DNA of 64,000 nt from NCBI GenBank assembly GCA_965224025.1, contig OZ245033.1, positions 704,001 through 768,000 on the forward strand, given 5' to 3'. Of the stretch, positions 1-10,553 are shown one piece after another. Position numbers and translations under genes: made by a program. The notes beneath the pieces are model-generated. The model had not been told where the DNA came from. It made no database searches and worked only from the letters and a program-made list of their open reading frames with translations. This DNA is from Candidatus Multivorans sp. Lineage in GTDB: Bacteria > Acidobacteriota > Thermoanaerobaculia > Multivoradales > Multivoraceae. The stretch's first letter is position 1, and each line of letters opens with the position of its first letter.

Positions 1-67
1 AACAAGTTTCCTGTGCGTCAGCGCGGCGCGGACGCCGCGACTCGACTCCTGGGCGCCAAAGACGCCG

Positions 68-1477
68 TTAGGGGACGGGCTCGAGTTGCAGCCCGGTCAG
101 CAGCAGTGTCGGCGCGCCCACCGCTCCGGGCGCCGGCAGGAACCGGAGGTCGTCGCCGACGGCGCTGATTCCGCGGAACAACTGGCGGATCGAACCTCTG
201 AGCCGCGCCCTCGGGATGGCGCCGAGAATGCGGCCGTGTTCCACCACGAAGCCGGTCGCATCGATCTCGAAGTTCGATTCCCGGCCGTTGTCCGAGAGTG
301 CGAAGGTGGCGTGGCGGCGCCCGCCCGGAACGCGGTCCAGCAGATAGCACCCGCGTCGGATTCCATTCCGGATCGCATCCGCGGACTCCGGGCCGCGCGC
401 GATGTAGAGATGGGAGTGGCTGATCTCGGGCGGCGCCCGCCAGCCCGACCGGCGCCGGCAGCCGGCGGCGGAGAAACCCGACCAACCATCATCCTCCCAG
501 GTCAGCAGAGGCTCGCCGGGTTCTCCGTCCCGGACCAGCGCCACTGCCCGCGTGGGCACGCCCTCGTCATCGATCGGGGACCTGATCCAGCCGGTCTCGA
601 GGGCGCCGTCGTCCAGGATCTGCAGGTCCGGCGGTCCCAGCGAGTGCCCTGAACCGAGGCGCTGAAGCGTCTCCCAGCCGTCGCGGCCCCTGAACAGGGG
701 GCCGAGCAGAGCCAGCAGACTGGAGGCCAGTGCGGGCGCCGCCGCGATTTCACCGGAAGGCAGGACCGGTGCGGGTGCGGCGGTCGCGAGCGTCAGCCGG
801 TCGGCGACCTCGGCGGCGATGGCGCGCGCATCGAAGCCCGTCACTTCGCTGGCCGCACGGTAGAGGCTGCAGGAGCCGCGGACACCGTTTCGTTCGACGG
901 CGAACTCCATGTCGACCGTCGCGAGGCGCAGTGAGGTCCGTCCGGTGACTCCAGCGCTGTTTGCAAGCATGGACGCGCTGGCGCCGTCGTCCAGTCTTGC
1001 CCGGATCAGGCGGCTGCCCGGAAGTTCGTTACGGGTTCGTTCCAGAATGCCGCAAATGAGGTCTCGGCCGAGAGCTTCCGAGTCGTTGGCCGCAACATCC
1101 TTCTTGCCGGGGTTGGGCGGCGACGCCTTTCGAATGTCTCGTGGCGGCAATCGGAGCGAACCCGGCCTCAGGGAATGACGATTCAATCGACGCCAGCCGC
1201 CGGGAGCAGGTAGCGGGCCGGACTCGGCAATGAAGAGCGCCCCGCTCGCGCCTCCCGCGCGCAGGGCCCACCCTCTCTCTTCGACGTTGCCCACGTGAGA
1301 GCGCCAGTCCTCTGGGGCGGACGGCGACGCGATGCCGGGCCGCCAAGGGTCGATTTCGATCCGGAGGCTGCCTCCGGCCTTGACGTAGAATTCGGCGCTC
1401 GATGCGCCGGTGCGATTCGTCACCGCGGTCAGCGCCGTCCTGAGGGCCTGAATGGTTGGCAACCGGAGTGGCTTCAA
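68..1477 (-). CDS. TldE/PmbA-family metalloprotease partner subunit
   Basis: C-terminal motifs DDEGVPT..LVRDG and G..RG.IRQLF..I.AVGDDL...GAPTLL. Probable TTG start overlaps the tldD stop (TTGA). The listed ORF to 1939 is over-extended. Confidence 0.75.
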   Translation of the reverse strand: MKPLRLPTIQALRTALTAVTNRTGASSAEFYVKAGGSLRIEIDPWRPGIASPSAPEDWRSHVGNVEERGWALRAGGASGALFIAESGPLPAPGGWRRLNRHSLRPGSLRLPPRDIRKASPPNPGKKDVAANDSEALGRDLICGILERTRNELPGSRLIRARLDDGASASMLANSAGVTGRTSLRLATVDMEFAVERNGVRGSCSLYRAASEVTGFDARAIAAEVADRLTLATAAPAPVLPSGEIAAAPALASSLLALLGPLFRGRDGWETLQRLGSGHSLGPPDLQILDDGALETGWIRSPIDDEGVPTRAVALVRDGEPGEPLLTWEDDGWSGFSAAGCRRRSGWRAPPEISHSHLYIARGPESADAIRNGIRRGCYLLDRVPGGRRHATFALSDNGRESNFEIDATGFVVEHGRILGAIPRARLRGSIRQLFRGISAVGDDLRFLPAPGAVGAPTLLLTGLQLEPVP

Positions 1478-2808
1478 TCCAGCCCCTCCAGGCGCACGGA
1501 CGGGCTGCGCGCCCATACCGGCAGGAGAGCCCCGCCCTTCACACACCATCCAGCGCCGGCGGCCAGCGGGCGGTCGCCAACCGCGGTTACAGCCGCTAGG
1601 AGGTCGACCGTGCGCGACCGGATCGCCACCGGTCCCACGTAGTCGACCGGACCGCTGGCGCCGATCCGCCGGGCGCAGGGCGCTCGCAGCACACAGCCGC
1701 CATCGAACGGGTTCAGCGTGCCGCTGTCGAACTCGCCGATGTAGAGGCCTCCGGCGGCTTCGCGGAACAGTTCCGCTTCGGGCAGATCGCTGGGAAGCAA
1801 CTCCAGGTGCGTGGTGCGCGGGCCCGGCAACAGGTGGCGGCTGGCGCGGCGTGCGGCGCCCGGAATCAGGCGCTGGTAGCGGCCGGCCCAGGAGAGGTCG
1901 GCCAGCGGCTGCCGTACGCGGCCCCGGCGGAGCAGCCACCGGGCGATGACTGTCGTGCCTTCATCGTCGCTGAAACGTCCGCAACCATCCGGCGCCAGGC
2001 GGGGATCGTCTACAACGTCGAGATGGACTTCGCCCAGCTTCAAACCGACCACGCTTTCCGGGGCCCCGGTCAGGGCCAGGGTGTCCGCCTCCAGCGTGTG
2101 GCCGACGACTTCGTGCAGCATCACCGCGGCGGCGCAGGGTCCGAGGACGATGACGCGAGGCGTGTCCGGATGCTCCGGCAGGTTCCGCGACCTGAGCCGA
2201 TCGACCAGGCACGCGGCGATCGGATCGAGATCTTCGTCCGCCAGCGATGGCAGCAGACCTCCCCAGACGCCCCAGGGCGTTTCCACGCGCAGGCTGAAGT
2301 ACTCCTCGAACTGGCTGGGAGCTGACATGTGCCCGTGAATCACCTGAACCTGCCGGCGGTGGCGCCGAACGGTGACCTCCATGGGGAAGCCCACACGGCG
2401 CCGATTGACCGCCCGTCCGAGTTGCCGCTCGGCCCGCTCGATGTCCGCAAGACGGAGTGGCGGCCAGCGACTGACCTTGATCTTCGGAAGCGGCCCGATC
2501 GAACCGGCCGTGCCGGTTACCCGGTCGCAGCAGGAGGCGAAGGCGTGTCCCGAGATCGTGTCGGCAGAGGCCAGACGACTGCTGCCCGCCTCGATTCTGC
2601 GCACGGATAGACCCTGCTCCCGTCGCAGGCGGAGGCGGTCCTGCGTGCCTCCGGGCAGCAACTCGACCGTCTCCAGACGTTCGAAGAACGCTTCCGTGCG
2701 TTGACCCGGGTGCAGGGTAGGCCGGGCCAGGGCCAGGGCATCGGTCAGCGTGGGGGCGTCCGAGGCCAGCAAGTCATTCGGCCGCGCTGCGGTGGCCGTC
2801 GTTTCCAT
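1474..2808 (-). CDS. tldD: TldD-family metalloprotease
   Basis: [11 protein letters not shown] (HExxxH), DDEGT, PRTTHL, WCVKGG..LPV; start METTATAA. Confidence 0.8.
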   Translation of the reverse strand: METTATAARPNDLLASDAPTLTDALALARPTLHPGQRTEAFFERLETVELLPGGTQDRLRLRREQGLSVRRIEAGSSRLASADTISGHAFASCCDRVTGTAGSIGPLPKIKVSRWPPLRLADIERAERQLGRAVNRRRVGFPMEVTVRRHRRQVQVIHGHMSAPSQFEEYFSLRVETPWGVWGGLLPSLADEDLDPIAACLVDRLRSRNLPEHPDTPRVIVLGPCAAAVMLHEVVGHTLEADTLALTGAPESVVGLKLGEVHLDVVDDPRLAPDGCGRFSDDEGTTVIARWLLRRGRVRQPLADLSWAGRYQRLIPGAARRASRHLLPGPRTTHLELLPSDLPEAELFREAAGGLYIGEFDSGTLNPFDGGCVLRAPCARRIGASGPVDYVGPVAIRSRTVDLLAAVTAVGDRPLAAGAGWCVKGGALLPVWARSPSVRLEGLD

Positions 2809-2878
2809 GGATGTGATTCTAGGAGGCCGCGCCGCAGAACGCAGCGAACCGAAGGCCTGTGGTAAGAAAGCCGCTCGG

Positions 2879-4465
2879 ATGACCAGGGTGCAGGAGCCAG
2901 TCGGAGCGGACGGCTCGGTCCGCGGCCAGCAAGCGAGCGAACTGGAGCAGCGGCTTGAACAGTCGCGGTTGGGCGGCGGCGCCGAACGCATAGAACGTCA
3001 GCACGCTAGCGGCAAGCTGACCGCGCGGGAGCGGATTGATCTGCTGCTCGATCCGGGGTCGTTTGTCGAGATCGATGCGCTCGTGACGCACCGCTGCACC
3101 GACTTCGGCATGGCCGAGCAGCGCATCCCGGGTGACGGCGTGGTGTGCGGGCATGGTCGGGTGGATCAGCGTCCAGTGTACGTCTTCGCCCAGGACTTCA
3201 CCGTCTTCGGCGGTTCGCTGTCCGAGACGAACGCCCGCAAGATCTGCAAGGTGATGGACTTGGCTGTCGAGAACGGCGCCCCGGTCGTGGGTTTGAACGA
3301 CTCGGGCGGCGCCCGCATCCAGGAGGGTGTCGCCTCTCTGGGGGGCTACGCCGACATCTTCCTCCGCAACACGCTGGCCTCGGGGGTGGTGCCCCAGATC
3401 AGCGCGATCATGGGGCCCTGCGCGGGCGGCGCGGTCTACTCGCCGGCGATCACGGACTTCGTGCTGATGGTCGAGGGCACGAGCTACATGTTCGTGACCG
3501 GACCGGACGTGATCAGGACGGTGACTCACGAAGATGTCTCGATGGAGGAGTTGGGCGGAGCGAAGACGCACGCGAGGCGGAGCGGCGTGGCGCACTTCAC
3601 CGCCCCCGACGACAAGGCTTGCCTGCTGGCCGTCCGCGAGCTCCTCGGCTACCTGCCCGGCAACAACCTGGACGATTCGCCGCGGCGGCCGACCGACGAT
3701 CCGTATGACCGCGAGGCGCCTGAACTCGACGAGTTGGTGCCGGTCGACCCGAACAAGCCCTACGAGATCGGCGACCTGATCCGCGCCGTCGTCGACGACG
3801 GCCGCTTTCTCGAAGTCCACCGCAACTTCGCCCAGAACATCATGGTCGGCTTCGCGCACTTCGGCGGCCGCAGCGTGGGCATCGTCGCCAACCAGCCGAA
3901 CTACCTCGCCGGCGTGCTCGACATCGACGCGGCGGTCAAGGGCGGTCGGTTCGTGCGCTTCTGCGACGCCTTCAACATCCCGCTGGTCACCTTCGAGGAT
4001 GTGCCGGGTTTCCTGCCCGGCGTGCAGCAGGAGCACGGCGGGATCATCCGCAACGGCGCCAAGCTGCTGTACGCGTTTGCCGAGGCGACGGTGCCGAAGA
4101 TCACCGTGATTACCCGCAAGGCCTACGGGGGCGCCTATTGCGTGATGGCCAGCAAGCACCTGCGCACGGACGTCAACCTGGCCTATCCGACCGCGGAGAT
4201 CGCGGTCATGGGGCCGAGCGGGGCGGTCAACATCCTGTACCGCCAGCAGATCCGGAACGCCGAGGACCCCGAGGCGCTGCGCGAGCGGATGGCCGCGGAG
4301 TACCGGGAGAAGTTCTCGAACCCCTACGTGGCGGCGGAGCGCGGCTTCGTCGACGCAGTGATCGCGCCGCGCACGACCCGCCACAAGATCGTCCGCGCGC
4401 TGCGGCAGCTCAAGGGCAAGCGAAGCGGCGTGCCGGCCAAGAAGCACGGCAGCGTGCCGCTCTAG
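2879..4465 (+). CDS. Acyl-CoA (propionyl/methylmalonyl-CoA) carboxylase, carboxyltransferase beta subunit
   Basis: [53 protein letters not shown]. Confidence 0.93.
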   Translation: MTRVQEPVGADGSVRGQQASELEQRLEQSRLGGGAERIERQHASGKLTARERIDLLLDPGSFVEIDALVTHRCTDFGMAEQRIPGDGVVCGHGRVDQRPVYVFAQDFTVFGGSLSETNARKICKVMDLAVENGAPVVGLNDSGGARIQEGVASLGGYADIFLRNTLASGVVPQISAIMGPCAGGAVYSPAITDFVLMVEGTSYMFVTGPDVIRTVTHEDVSMEELGGAKTHARRSGVAHFTAPDDKACLLAVRELLGYLPGNNLDDSPRRPTDDPYDREAPELDELVPVDPNKPYEIGDLIRAVVDDGRFLEVHRNFAQNIMVGFAHFGGRSVGIVANQPNYLAGVLDIDAAVKGGRFVRFCDAFNIPLVTFEDVPGFLPGVQQEHGGIIRNGAKLLYAFAEATVPKITVITRKAYGGAYCVMASKHLRTDVNLAYPTAEIAVMGPSGAVNILYRQQIRNAEDPEALRERMAAEYREKFSNPYVAAERGFVDAVIAPRTTRHKIVRALRQLKGKRSGVPAKKHGSVPL

Positions 4466-4549
4466 CGGAACAGGCCGGAGCAGCGGTTCACCGAGAAACC
4501 AAGCGCTAAGAGAACAACAACAGCGCAACGACGGGGAGCGACCGAACGA

Positions 4550-5062
4550 ATGAGCGACATCAGGGTGGGGATCGTCATGGGCAGCGATTCGGACTGGCCG
4601 ACGATGAAGGCCGCGGCGAAGGTCTGCGCCGACTTCGGCGTCGGCTGCGAGTCGCGGGTTCTCTCGGCCCACCGGACCCCGCGGGAGACCGCCGAGTGGG
4701 CCGAACGCGCGGCTGAGCGAGGCATCGCCGTGTTGATCGCCGGCGCCGGCGGCGCCGCCGCTCTGCCGGGCGTGGTGGCGGCTGCGACCACCCTGCCGGT
4801 GGTCGGCGTCCCGGTGGCGAACGGTCCGCTCAACGGCGTCGATGCCCTGCTGGCGATCGTGCAGATGCCGCCGGGCATCCCGGTCGCTACGGTGGGCGTG
4901 AACCGTGCCGGCAACGCGGCGCTGCTGGCGCTTCAGATCCTGGGGCTCGGCGACGCCGATCTGGCCGCCGCGCTGACCGACTACCGGCGCCGGATGGGTG
5001 AGCGCGTGGCGGCCGCCGACGAGCGCGTCCGGCTGGACTCCGAAGCGCTGGAGAGTGCATGA
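4550..5062 (+). CDS. purE: N5-CAIR mutase PurE
   Basis: IVMGSDSDW, SAHRTP, AGAGGAAALPG, QMPPGIPVATV. Confidence 0.96.
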   Translation: MSDIRVGIVMGSDSDWPTMKAAAKVCADFGVGCESRVLSAHRTPRETAEWAERAAERGIAVLIAGAGGAAALPGVVAAATTLPVVGVPVANGPLNGVDALLAIVQMPPGIPVATVGVNRAGNAALLALQILGLGDADLAAALTDYRRRMGERVAAADERVRLDSEALESA

Positions 5063-5496
5063 AGTTCGCGCTCGGCGCCGACCACGCCGGAGTCGAGTTG
5101 AGAGACGAGTTGGGCGAGATTCTGCGTGCCCGCGGAATCGAGGTCGTCGACTTCGGCACCGACGGATCGGCCCCTGCCGACTACCCCGACAAGGCAGCGG
5201 CGGTGGCGCGAGCCGTGGCGTCGGGCGAGGCCGACCGCGGCCTGCTGGTGTGCGGCACCGGAGTCGGCATGGCGATGTCGGCGAACCGTTTCGCCGGGGT
5301 CCGGGCAGTCAATCCGAGCGACAGCTTCACGACCCGGATGTCCCGCGCCCACAACAACGCGAACGTGCTGGCCCTCGGCGCCCGCGCCCTCGGCGCCGGC
5401 CAGGCCTCCGAACTGCTCGAAGTCTTCCTCGACACGCCCTTCGACGGCGACCGCCACACCGGTCGGGTCGAGAAGATCGACCGTGTCGTCGAGTAG
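5059..5496 (+). CDS. rpiB: Ribose-5-phosphate isomerase B
   Basis: GADHAG, DYPD, CGTGVGM, RAHNNANVLALGAR, RH..RV.KI. Confidence 0.96.
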   Translation: MKFALGADHAGVELRDELGEILRARGIEVVDFGTDGSAPADYPDKAAAVARAVASGEADRGLLVCGTGVGMAMSANRFAGVRAVNPSDSFTTRMSRAHNNANVLALGARALGAGQASELLEVFLDTPFDGDRHTGRVEKIDRVVE

Positions 5497-5791
5497 CACA
5501 CGCCTGCGGCGGCGCACGGAGGATCAACCTCCTGGTGCCGCTCGCGCTTGGTCGGAGGGCGGGGAAGTTGCGCTCGCTGCGCCTCACTCCCTCCTGATGG
5601 ATTTCGGTTTCTGTGACGACATGGGCAGTCGCACGTTCAGAGCCACCTGGAAGTTGATCCTCCGTACCCCGCCACGGACTGGACGTCGTCGGCGTCTATG
5701 GTGCTTCCCTGGCGATTTGGCCGCGGTAGCCGGATCCGCGGCGCCGCCCCGTCAGTTGCGTAGCGCGTTGCCGAGCTCCGCCGGCCGTTCT

Positions 5792-5820
5792 CTGGGTGCG
5801 CGGATCTTCTGGTCCGCATC
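5792..5820 (+). repeat. REP-like palindrome, family A (degenerate)
   Basis: ctgggtgcgcggatcttctggtccgcatc matches 18075-18103 ctgggtgcgcgggccttctggcccgcatc. Confidence 0.75.
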
Positions 5821-5934
5821 GGTCGGAGTGGTGCCGTGCGCTTTGCAATGGGCGAGTAGGGTCTCAGCATGCCCGGCCACATGAACGTCTTGCTCGCCGA
5901 AGCGCACACCTTGTCTCTGGGTGAGCGGACAGTT

Positions 5935-7281
5935 TCATCTACGGTAGCCGGTGACGAGGTCCCGCGCTGCCGCTGGTACACCGCAGCCGGCGCGCAGGGC
6001 CGATCGGACCTCGCCGACCAGATAGAGCGAACCGGTGACGACCAGGGTGCGGGCTGGGTCGCTCGGAGCGGCCAGAAAGTGGTTTAGCGCGTCTGTTGGA
6101 TCGTGGGCGATCAGCACTCGGCGGTCGCCGAGGAGTGGCTGCAGGTCGTCGGGCGAGATGGCCCGCCGGTGTTCGGGGGCGGTCAGAAGGATCCTGTTGG
6201 CCCGGTCGGCCAATTGGGGCAGGCAGCGTTCTGGTTGCTTGTCGCTCAGGGCGCCGTACAGGAGGTCGAACTCCAGGCCAGCCTCGTCGAGGTAGGAGCG
6301 AAGCGCGGCGGCGCCGGCGGGGTTGTGTGCCGCGTCGAAGAGCACGCGGCGGGGAGTGGCGTCGACTTCGATCTCGACCCACTCGAGCCGGCCTGGCCAG
6401 CGGACCGCCTCCAGGCCTTGACTGGCGGCTTCGGGGGCGAGGTTCCGTCCGGCGAGGGTGCAGAACTCCTCTGCCGCGCGCACCGCCAGGGCGAGATTGG
6501 TGAGCTGGTGGCCGCCGGCCAGTGGCGCGCGGAACGGGTACTGTGCATTCGGTGTGGTCAACGAGAGATCCTGCCGGGCCTGGACGTGGCGGTGGAAGTC
6601 GACCTCGTCGCCCACATTGACCAGCCGCGCGCCGCAGACAGCCGCACAGCGGTGGAGTTCGCGTTCGACTTCCGGCCGTGAGCGCCAGGTCAGGCATGTG
6701 CGTCCCGGTCGCATGACGCCGGCCTTCTCGCCGGCGATCGAGGTCAGGGTCCAGCCAAGTTGCTGCGCGTGGTCGCGCGCGACGTGGGTGATCAGGGAGA
6801 GCACGGGTTCCGACACGTTGGTGGCGTCGAGACGGCCGCCCAGGCCGACCTCGAACACGGCAGTGTCCACCCGGTGCGCCGCGAAGTGCAGCCAGGCCGC
6901 CGCGGTCAGGCTCTCGAAGTACGTCGGCGGCGTTGAACGGGCGGCATCGAGCGCGTGGCGAAGGTGGGCGCCGAGTTCGGCCTCCGTGATCGCCATGCCG
7001 TCGATCCGGAGCCGCTCCTCGACGTGTTCCAGGTGGGGCGAGGTGTAGAGGCCGCAACGGAAGCCGGCGGCGGTCAGGAGCGACGCGAGCGCGGCGCTGG
7101 TCGAGCCCTTGCCGTTGGTGCCAGCGACCAGGATCGTGGGTATCCGCTGCTGGGGATTGCCGAGGGCGCCGAGGAGCCGGCGGATCGCGTCGAGGCCGAA
7201 CTTCCGGCCCCAGACCTCGAGCCGGTCGAGGATTTCCTGGGCCGAGGGTTTCGTTTGGCCGGTCACGTGGCGGCGCAGCAT
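5935..7281 (-). CDS. folC: Bifunctional folylpolyglutamate/dihydrofolate synthase
   Basis: VAGTNGKGS, YTSPHL, EVGLGGRLDATNV, WPGRLE, DAAHNP, TGSLYLVG; start approximate. Confidence 0.94.
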   Translation of the reverse strand: MLRRHVTGQTKPSAQEILDRLEVWGRKFGLDAIRRLLGALGNPQQRIPTILVAGTNGKGSTSAALASLLTAAGFRCGLYTSPHLEHVEERLRIDGMAITEAELGAHLRHALDAARSTPPTYFESLTAAAWLHFAAHRVDTAVFEVGLGGRLDATNVSEPVLSLITHVARDHAQQLGWTLTSIAGEKAGVMRPGRTCLTWRSRPEVERELHRCAAVCGARLVNVGDEVDFHRHVQARQDLSLTTPNAQYPFRAPLAGGHQLTNLALAVRAAEEFCTLAGRNLAPEAASQGLEAVRWPGRLEWVEIEVDATPRRVLFDAAHNPAGAAALRSYLDEAGLEFDLLYGALSDKQPERCLPQLADRANRILLTAPEHRRAISPDDLQPLLGDRRVLIAHDPTDALNHFLAAPSDPARTLVVTGSLYLVGEVRSALRAGCGVPAAARDLVTGYRR

Positions 7282-7290
7282 AGCGCCGCC

Positions 7291-7363
7291 GAACCCGGTT
7301 GGAGCGTCCCCGCGCCAACCGCGAACCAGTCCCTGCACCCGTCGTCGGGTGCAGGGATGGAAC
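7291..7363 (+). repeat. Double-hairpin palindromic element, family B (folC-yebC intergenic)
   Basis: Same 73-bp frame as 33113-33185; related copies at 13729-13799 and 43960-44028 (-). Confidence 0.85.
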
Positions 7364-7384
7364 TCCCGCTAGACTAGTCGCGTC

Positions 7385-8149
7385 ATGTCCGGTCACAGCA
7401 AGTGGAGCACGATCAAGCACAAGAAGGCGGCACAGGACGCCAAACGCAGCAAGGTCTTTACCCGCATCCTCAAGGAGGTTGTGGTGGCGGCAAGGCTCGG
7501 TGGCGGCGACCCGGGCGGCAATCCCAGACTGCGCCACGCGCTCCTTGAGGCTAAGGCGCGCAACGTGCCCGGAGACAACATCGACCGAGCGATCAAGAAG
7601 GGTACGGGGGAACTTGAGGGCGTGTCCTATGAGGAGGTCACCTACGAGGGCTACGGTCCCGGTGGGGTCGCGGTCCTGGTCGAGACGCTGACCGACAACC
7701 GGAACCGGACCGTGTCCGAGGTGCGGCACCTGTTCGCCAAGCACGGCGGAAACCTCGGCGACAACGGCTGTGTCGCCTGGATGTTCCACCGGCGGGGGTT
7801 CTTCGCGTTCGACCGCGCCGTCATGGAGGAGTCCGGGATCGACGAGGAGGCGCTGGTCGAACTCGCGCTGGAACTCGAAGCCGAGGACTTCTCGGTCGAG
7901 GAGGACAGCTTCAACGTCTACACCTCGGTCGAGGCCTTCCACGCCGCCAAGGACGAAGTCGAGGAGCGGGGCTTCGTGACCGGGCTCGCTCAACTGACGA
8001 TGGAACCGCAGAACCTGGTCCGGGTCGAAGAGGCGGTCGCGGGTCGGCTCGTGCGGCTGATCGATGCGCTGGAGGACCAGGACGACGTGCAGCACGTCTG
8101 GGCCAACTTCGACCTCGACGACGAGTTGCTGGAGCGGCTGGCCTCCTGA
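7385..8149 (+). CDS. yebC: YebC/PmpR-family protein
   Basis: MSGHSKWSTIKHKK, YEGYGPGGVA, TDNRNRT, DDVQHVWAN. Confidence 0.96.
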   Translation: MSGHSKWSTIKHKKAAQDAKRSKVFTRILKEVVVAARLGGGDPGGNPRLRHALLEAKARNVPGDNIDRAIKKGTGELEGVSYEEVTYEGYGPGGVAVLVETLTDNRNRTVSEVRHLFAKHGGNLGDNGCVAWMFHRRGFFAFDRAVMEESGIDEEALVELALELEAEDFSVEEDSFNVYTSVEAFHAAKDEVEERGFVTGLAQLTMEPQNLVRVEEAVAGRLVRLIDALEDQDDVQHVWANFDLDDELLERLAS

Positions 8150-8174
8150 TCGTCGCAGCGACGGGACCACGGCC

Positions 8175-8681
8175 TTGATCGTCCTCGGACTGGATCCGGG
8201 CAGCCGGTACACCGGCTACGGCGTGGTGGAGCAGGAAGGGTCGCGGCTGAGGGAGTTGGACTCGGGTCGGATCGCGCTGGTGTCCGAGGCGAGTCCGGCG
8301 GCGCGCATGGCTCTCCTCGCCGAGAGCGTTGAGCAGGCCCTCGACCGTTGGCAGCCGGCGGCCGCCGCCCTGGAGACCCTGTTTCATGGGCGCAACAGCC
8401 GCTCCCTGATCGCGCTCGCCCAGGCCCGGGGCGTCATTCTCTCGGTGCTGGGCCGGCGCGGCCTGGACGTGGAGGAGGTGTCGCCCGCCGAAGTCAAGAA
8501 GGCGGTGTGCGGCAACGGCCGAGCCGACAAGACCCAGGTGGCGCGCATGGTTGAGGTCCTGCTGGGAGCTTCGGCGGGCCGGCGAAGCGTGGACGCGTCC
8601 GATGCGCTGGCCGTCGCCATCTACTACGTGCAGCAGCGTCCGCTGCAGAGGGTCGTGGAGGCGGCGCGGTGCGCCCGTTGA
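8175..8681 (+). CDS. ruvC: Holliday junction resolvase RuvC
   Basis: LGLDPGSRYTGYG, QARGV, VKKAVCGNGRADKTQV, DASDALAVA; TTG start inferred. Confidence 0.94.
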   Translation: MIVLGLDPGSRYTGYGVVEQEGSRLRELDSGRIALVSEASPAARMALLAESVEQALDRWQPAAAALETLFHGRNSRSLIALAQARGVILSVLGRRGLDVEEVSPAEVKKAVCGNGRADKTQVARMVEVLLGASAGRRSVDASDALAVAIYYVQQRPLQRVVEAARCAR

Positions 8682-8718
8682 ACCGGGTGGAGTTGGCGGT
8701 TCCAATGCAGGGTCCGTG

Positions 8719-8727
8719 TGCTATATT
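8719..8727 (+). promoter_or_regulatory. Putative extended -10 promoter (TGcTATATT) of the exbB operon
   Basis: TGn-TATATT in a GC-rich background, about 135 bp before exbB; similar motifs at 17747, 37733, 42850, 56396. Confidence 0.5.
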
Positions 8728-8863
8728 GCTTCACCGTTCCAAGGTGAGCCAGGCACCCCTTTCGGTGTAGGGGTCACCGTCCGTCCAGAATCGCGTCCAC
8801 CGTCGGTGGGCGATTCAACTAGGCCCGTCGCTGGCGGGTACACAGGTTTGAGGAGGTAGCTAG

Positions 8864-9526
8864 GTGAACATTGGTGGCACGTTCTGGAAGTTGATGAACG
8901 AGGGTGGACCGGTCATGTGGCCACTGCTCGCATTTTCCGTCATCGCTCTTGCGGTGGTGGCCGAGCGGTTGTACGCGCTGTGGCGCGCCCGGATCAACGT
9001 TCACGAGTTCCTCCCCAAGGTGCGGAAGGCGCTGGTGGTCAATCGGTCGATCCGCGACGCGGTGAAGGTCTGCGAGGAGTACCGGGGTCCGGTCGCCTCG
9101 ATCCTCAAGGCCGGTCTGATGAAGTACGGCCAGCCCAAGGAAGACATCGAGAAGACGATCGAAAACGCGGCGCTGTTCGAGATGGGGCGCCTGGAGCGCG
9201 GTCTCGCGGTGCTGGCGACGACCGCCAACGTTGCGCCGCTGCTCGGCTTCTTCGGCACGGTGACCGGCATGATGGCTGGTTTCGACGCCCTCGCGGCGCA
9301 GGGCCTCTCCAACCCGGGCGCGGTCGCCACGGGCATCAAGGAGGCCCTGACGACCACGGCCGGCGGTCTCGCGGTCGCCATCCCGACGCAGCTCGCCTAC
9401 AACTACTTCATGAGCCGGATCAACAAGTTCGTGCGCGACATCGAGACCGCGGCGAACATGCTGCTCGAGACGTTCGGCGAGATGGAGCGCAGCGGCGTTT
9501 CGCCCGAGAGCGGCGAAGGCAGCTAG
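8864..9526 (+). CDS. exbB: MotA/TolQ/ExbB proton channel
   Basis: GGPVMWPL, APLLGFFGTVTGM, GIKEALTTTAGGLAVAIP; RBS gaggagg. Confidence 0.92.
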   Translation: MNIGGTFWKLMNEGGPVMWPLLAFSVIALAVVAERLYALWRARINVHEFLPKVRKALVVNRSIRDAVKVCEEYRGPVASILKAGLMKYGQPKEDIEKTIENAALFEMGRLERGLAVLATTANVAPLLGFFGTVTGMMAGFDALAAQGLSNPGAVATGIKEALTTTAGGLAVAIPTQLAYNYFMSRINKFVRDIETAANMLLETFGEMERSGVSPESGEGS

Positions 9527-9559
9527 AGTTCCTTCGAGCTCCAAGGCGAGGACAGCGAC

Positions 9560-9988
9560 ATGAAACTCAAGGCATCGATCGAGCACAAGCCGAACATCCC
9601 GACGGCCTCGATGGCGGATATCGCCTTCCTGCTGATCATCTTCTTCATGCTGACGATCACCTTCGAGGTCGACAAGACCCAGGTGCTGCTGCCGAAGACG
9701 ACCCTCAGGTACGAGATCCCGAAGAAGGCCGCCTACGTCTCGATCGATCCGAACGGTCGCATCCGGGTGTCCGACGGCCAGTCCCAGAGTTCGTTGGTCA
9801 GTGCGGCGGACGAGGTCCTTTCCATGGCCGCGACCGTGATCTCGACCGATCCCACCAAGACGTTCGTGGTCAAGGCCGACGGCGACGTGCCGTGGGAGAA
9901 GGTCGACGAAGTGCTGGACGCTCTCAAGCGGGCCAAGGTGCGCGATCTGCGCCTGCTGTCCGACCAGCGAACGGTCGACGACCTGTAG
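9560..9988 (+). CDS. exbD: ExbD/TolR biopolymer transporter
   Basis: [22 protein letters not shown]. Confidence 0.92.
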   Translation: MKLKASIEHKPNIPTASMADIAFLLIIFFMLTITFEVDKTQVLLPKTTLRYEIPKKAAYVSIDPNGRIRVSDGQSQSSLVSAADEVLSMAATVISTDPTKTFVVKADGDVPWEKVDEVLDALKRAKVRDLRLLSDQRTVDDL

Positions 9989-10036
9989 AGGATGCCGCGG
10001 TATTCTGGACCCTGACGTTACGGATGGAGGCTCAAG

Positions 10037-10474
10037 ATGAAGATCGAACGTGACCGCCCGGACGACGAGATTCCGACCTCGTCGATGGCGGATATCGCCT
10101 TCCTGCTGATCGTCTTCTTCATGGTGACGACCACCTTCACGGCTACCCGCGGACTCGACTTCGCGCTTCCGGAGGACGACGACAACCCGCCGGTCATCGA
10201 GAAGGAAGAGTCGGTGCTGATCGAGATCTTTCCGGGAGGGGAGCTCCGGGTGGACCAGAACCCGATGCAGCTCGGCGAGATCATCGAGTACCTGAAGCCG
10301 AAGCTGGAGCGGAATCCGAAGAAGCCGGTGATCATCCGGCCGGATGTTCAGACGCAGTACAAGCACATGGTCGAGGTGTACGACGAACTGCGCCAGGGCG
10401 AAGAGCACGGCCTGACGGAGCCGATCAACATCTCGGTGCCGACGCAGCGGGAAATCCAGAGCTTCTGGTACTAG
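10037..10474 (+). CDS. exbD: ExbD/TolR biopolymer transporter (second paralog)
   Basis: [23 protein letters not shown]. Confidence 0.92.
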   Translation: MKIERDRPDDEIPTSSMADIAFLLIVFFMVTTTFTATRGLDFALPEDDDNPPVIEKEESVLIEIFPGGELRVDQNPMQLGEIIEYLKPKLERNPKKPVIIRPDVQTQYKHMVEVYDELRQGEEHGLTEPINISVPTQREIQSFWY

Positions 10475-10553
10475 CCTTGCCGCTCCCGGAATAGGACCGA
10501 ACCGGAACGAAGTTGGAACTACACGTCGACCTTACAGACAGGAGGTAACCCCG

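Noticed and set aside
4466-4549. Purine-related riboswitch before purE
   Set aside because: Short A-rich spacer with no recognisable ZTP, PRPP or purine aptamer core.
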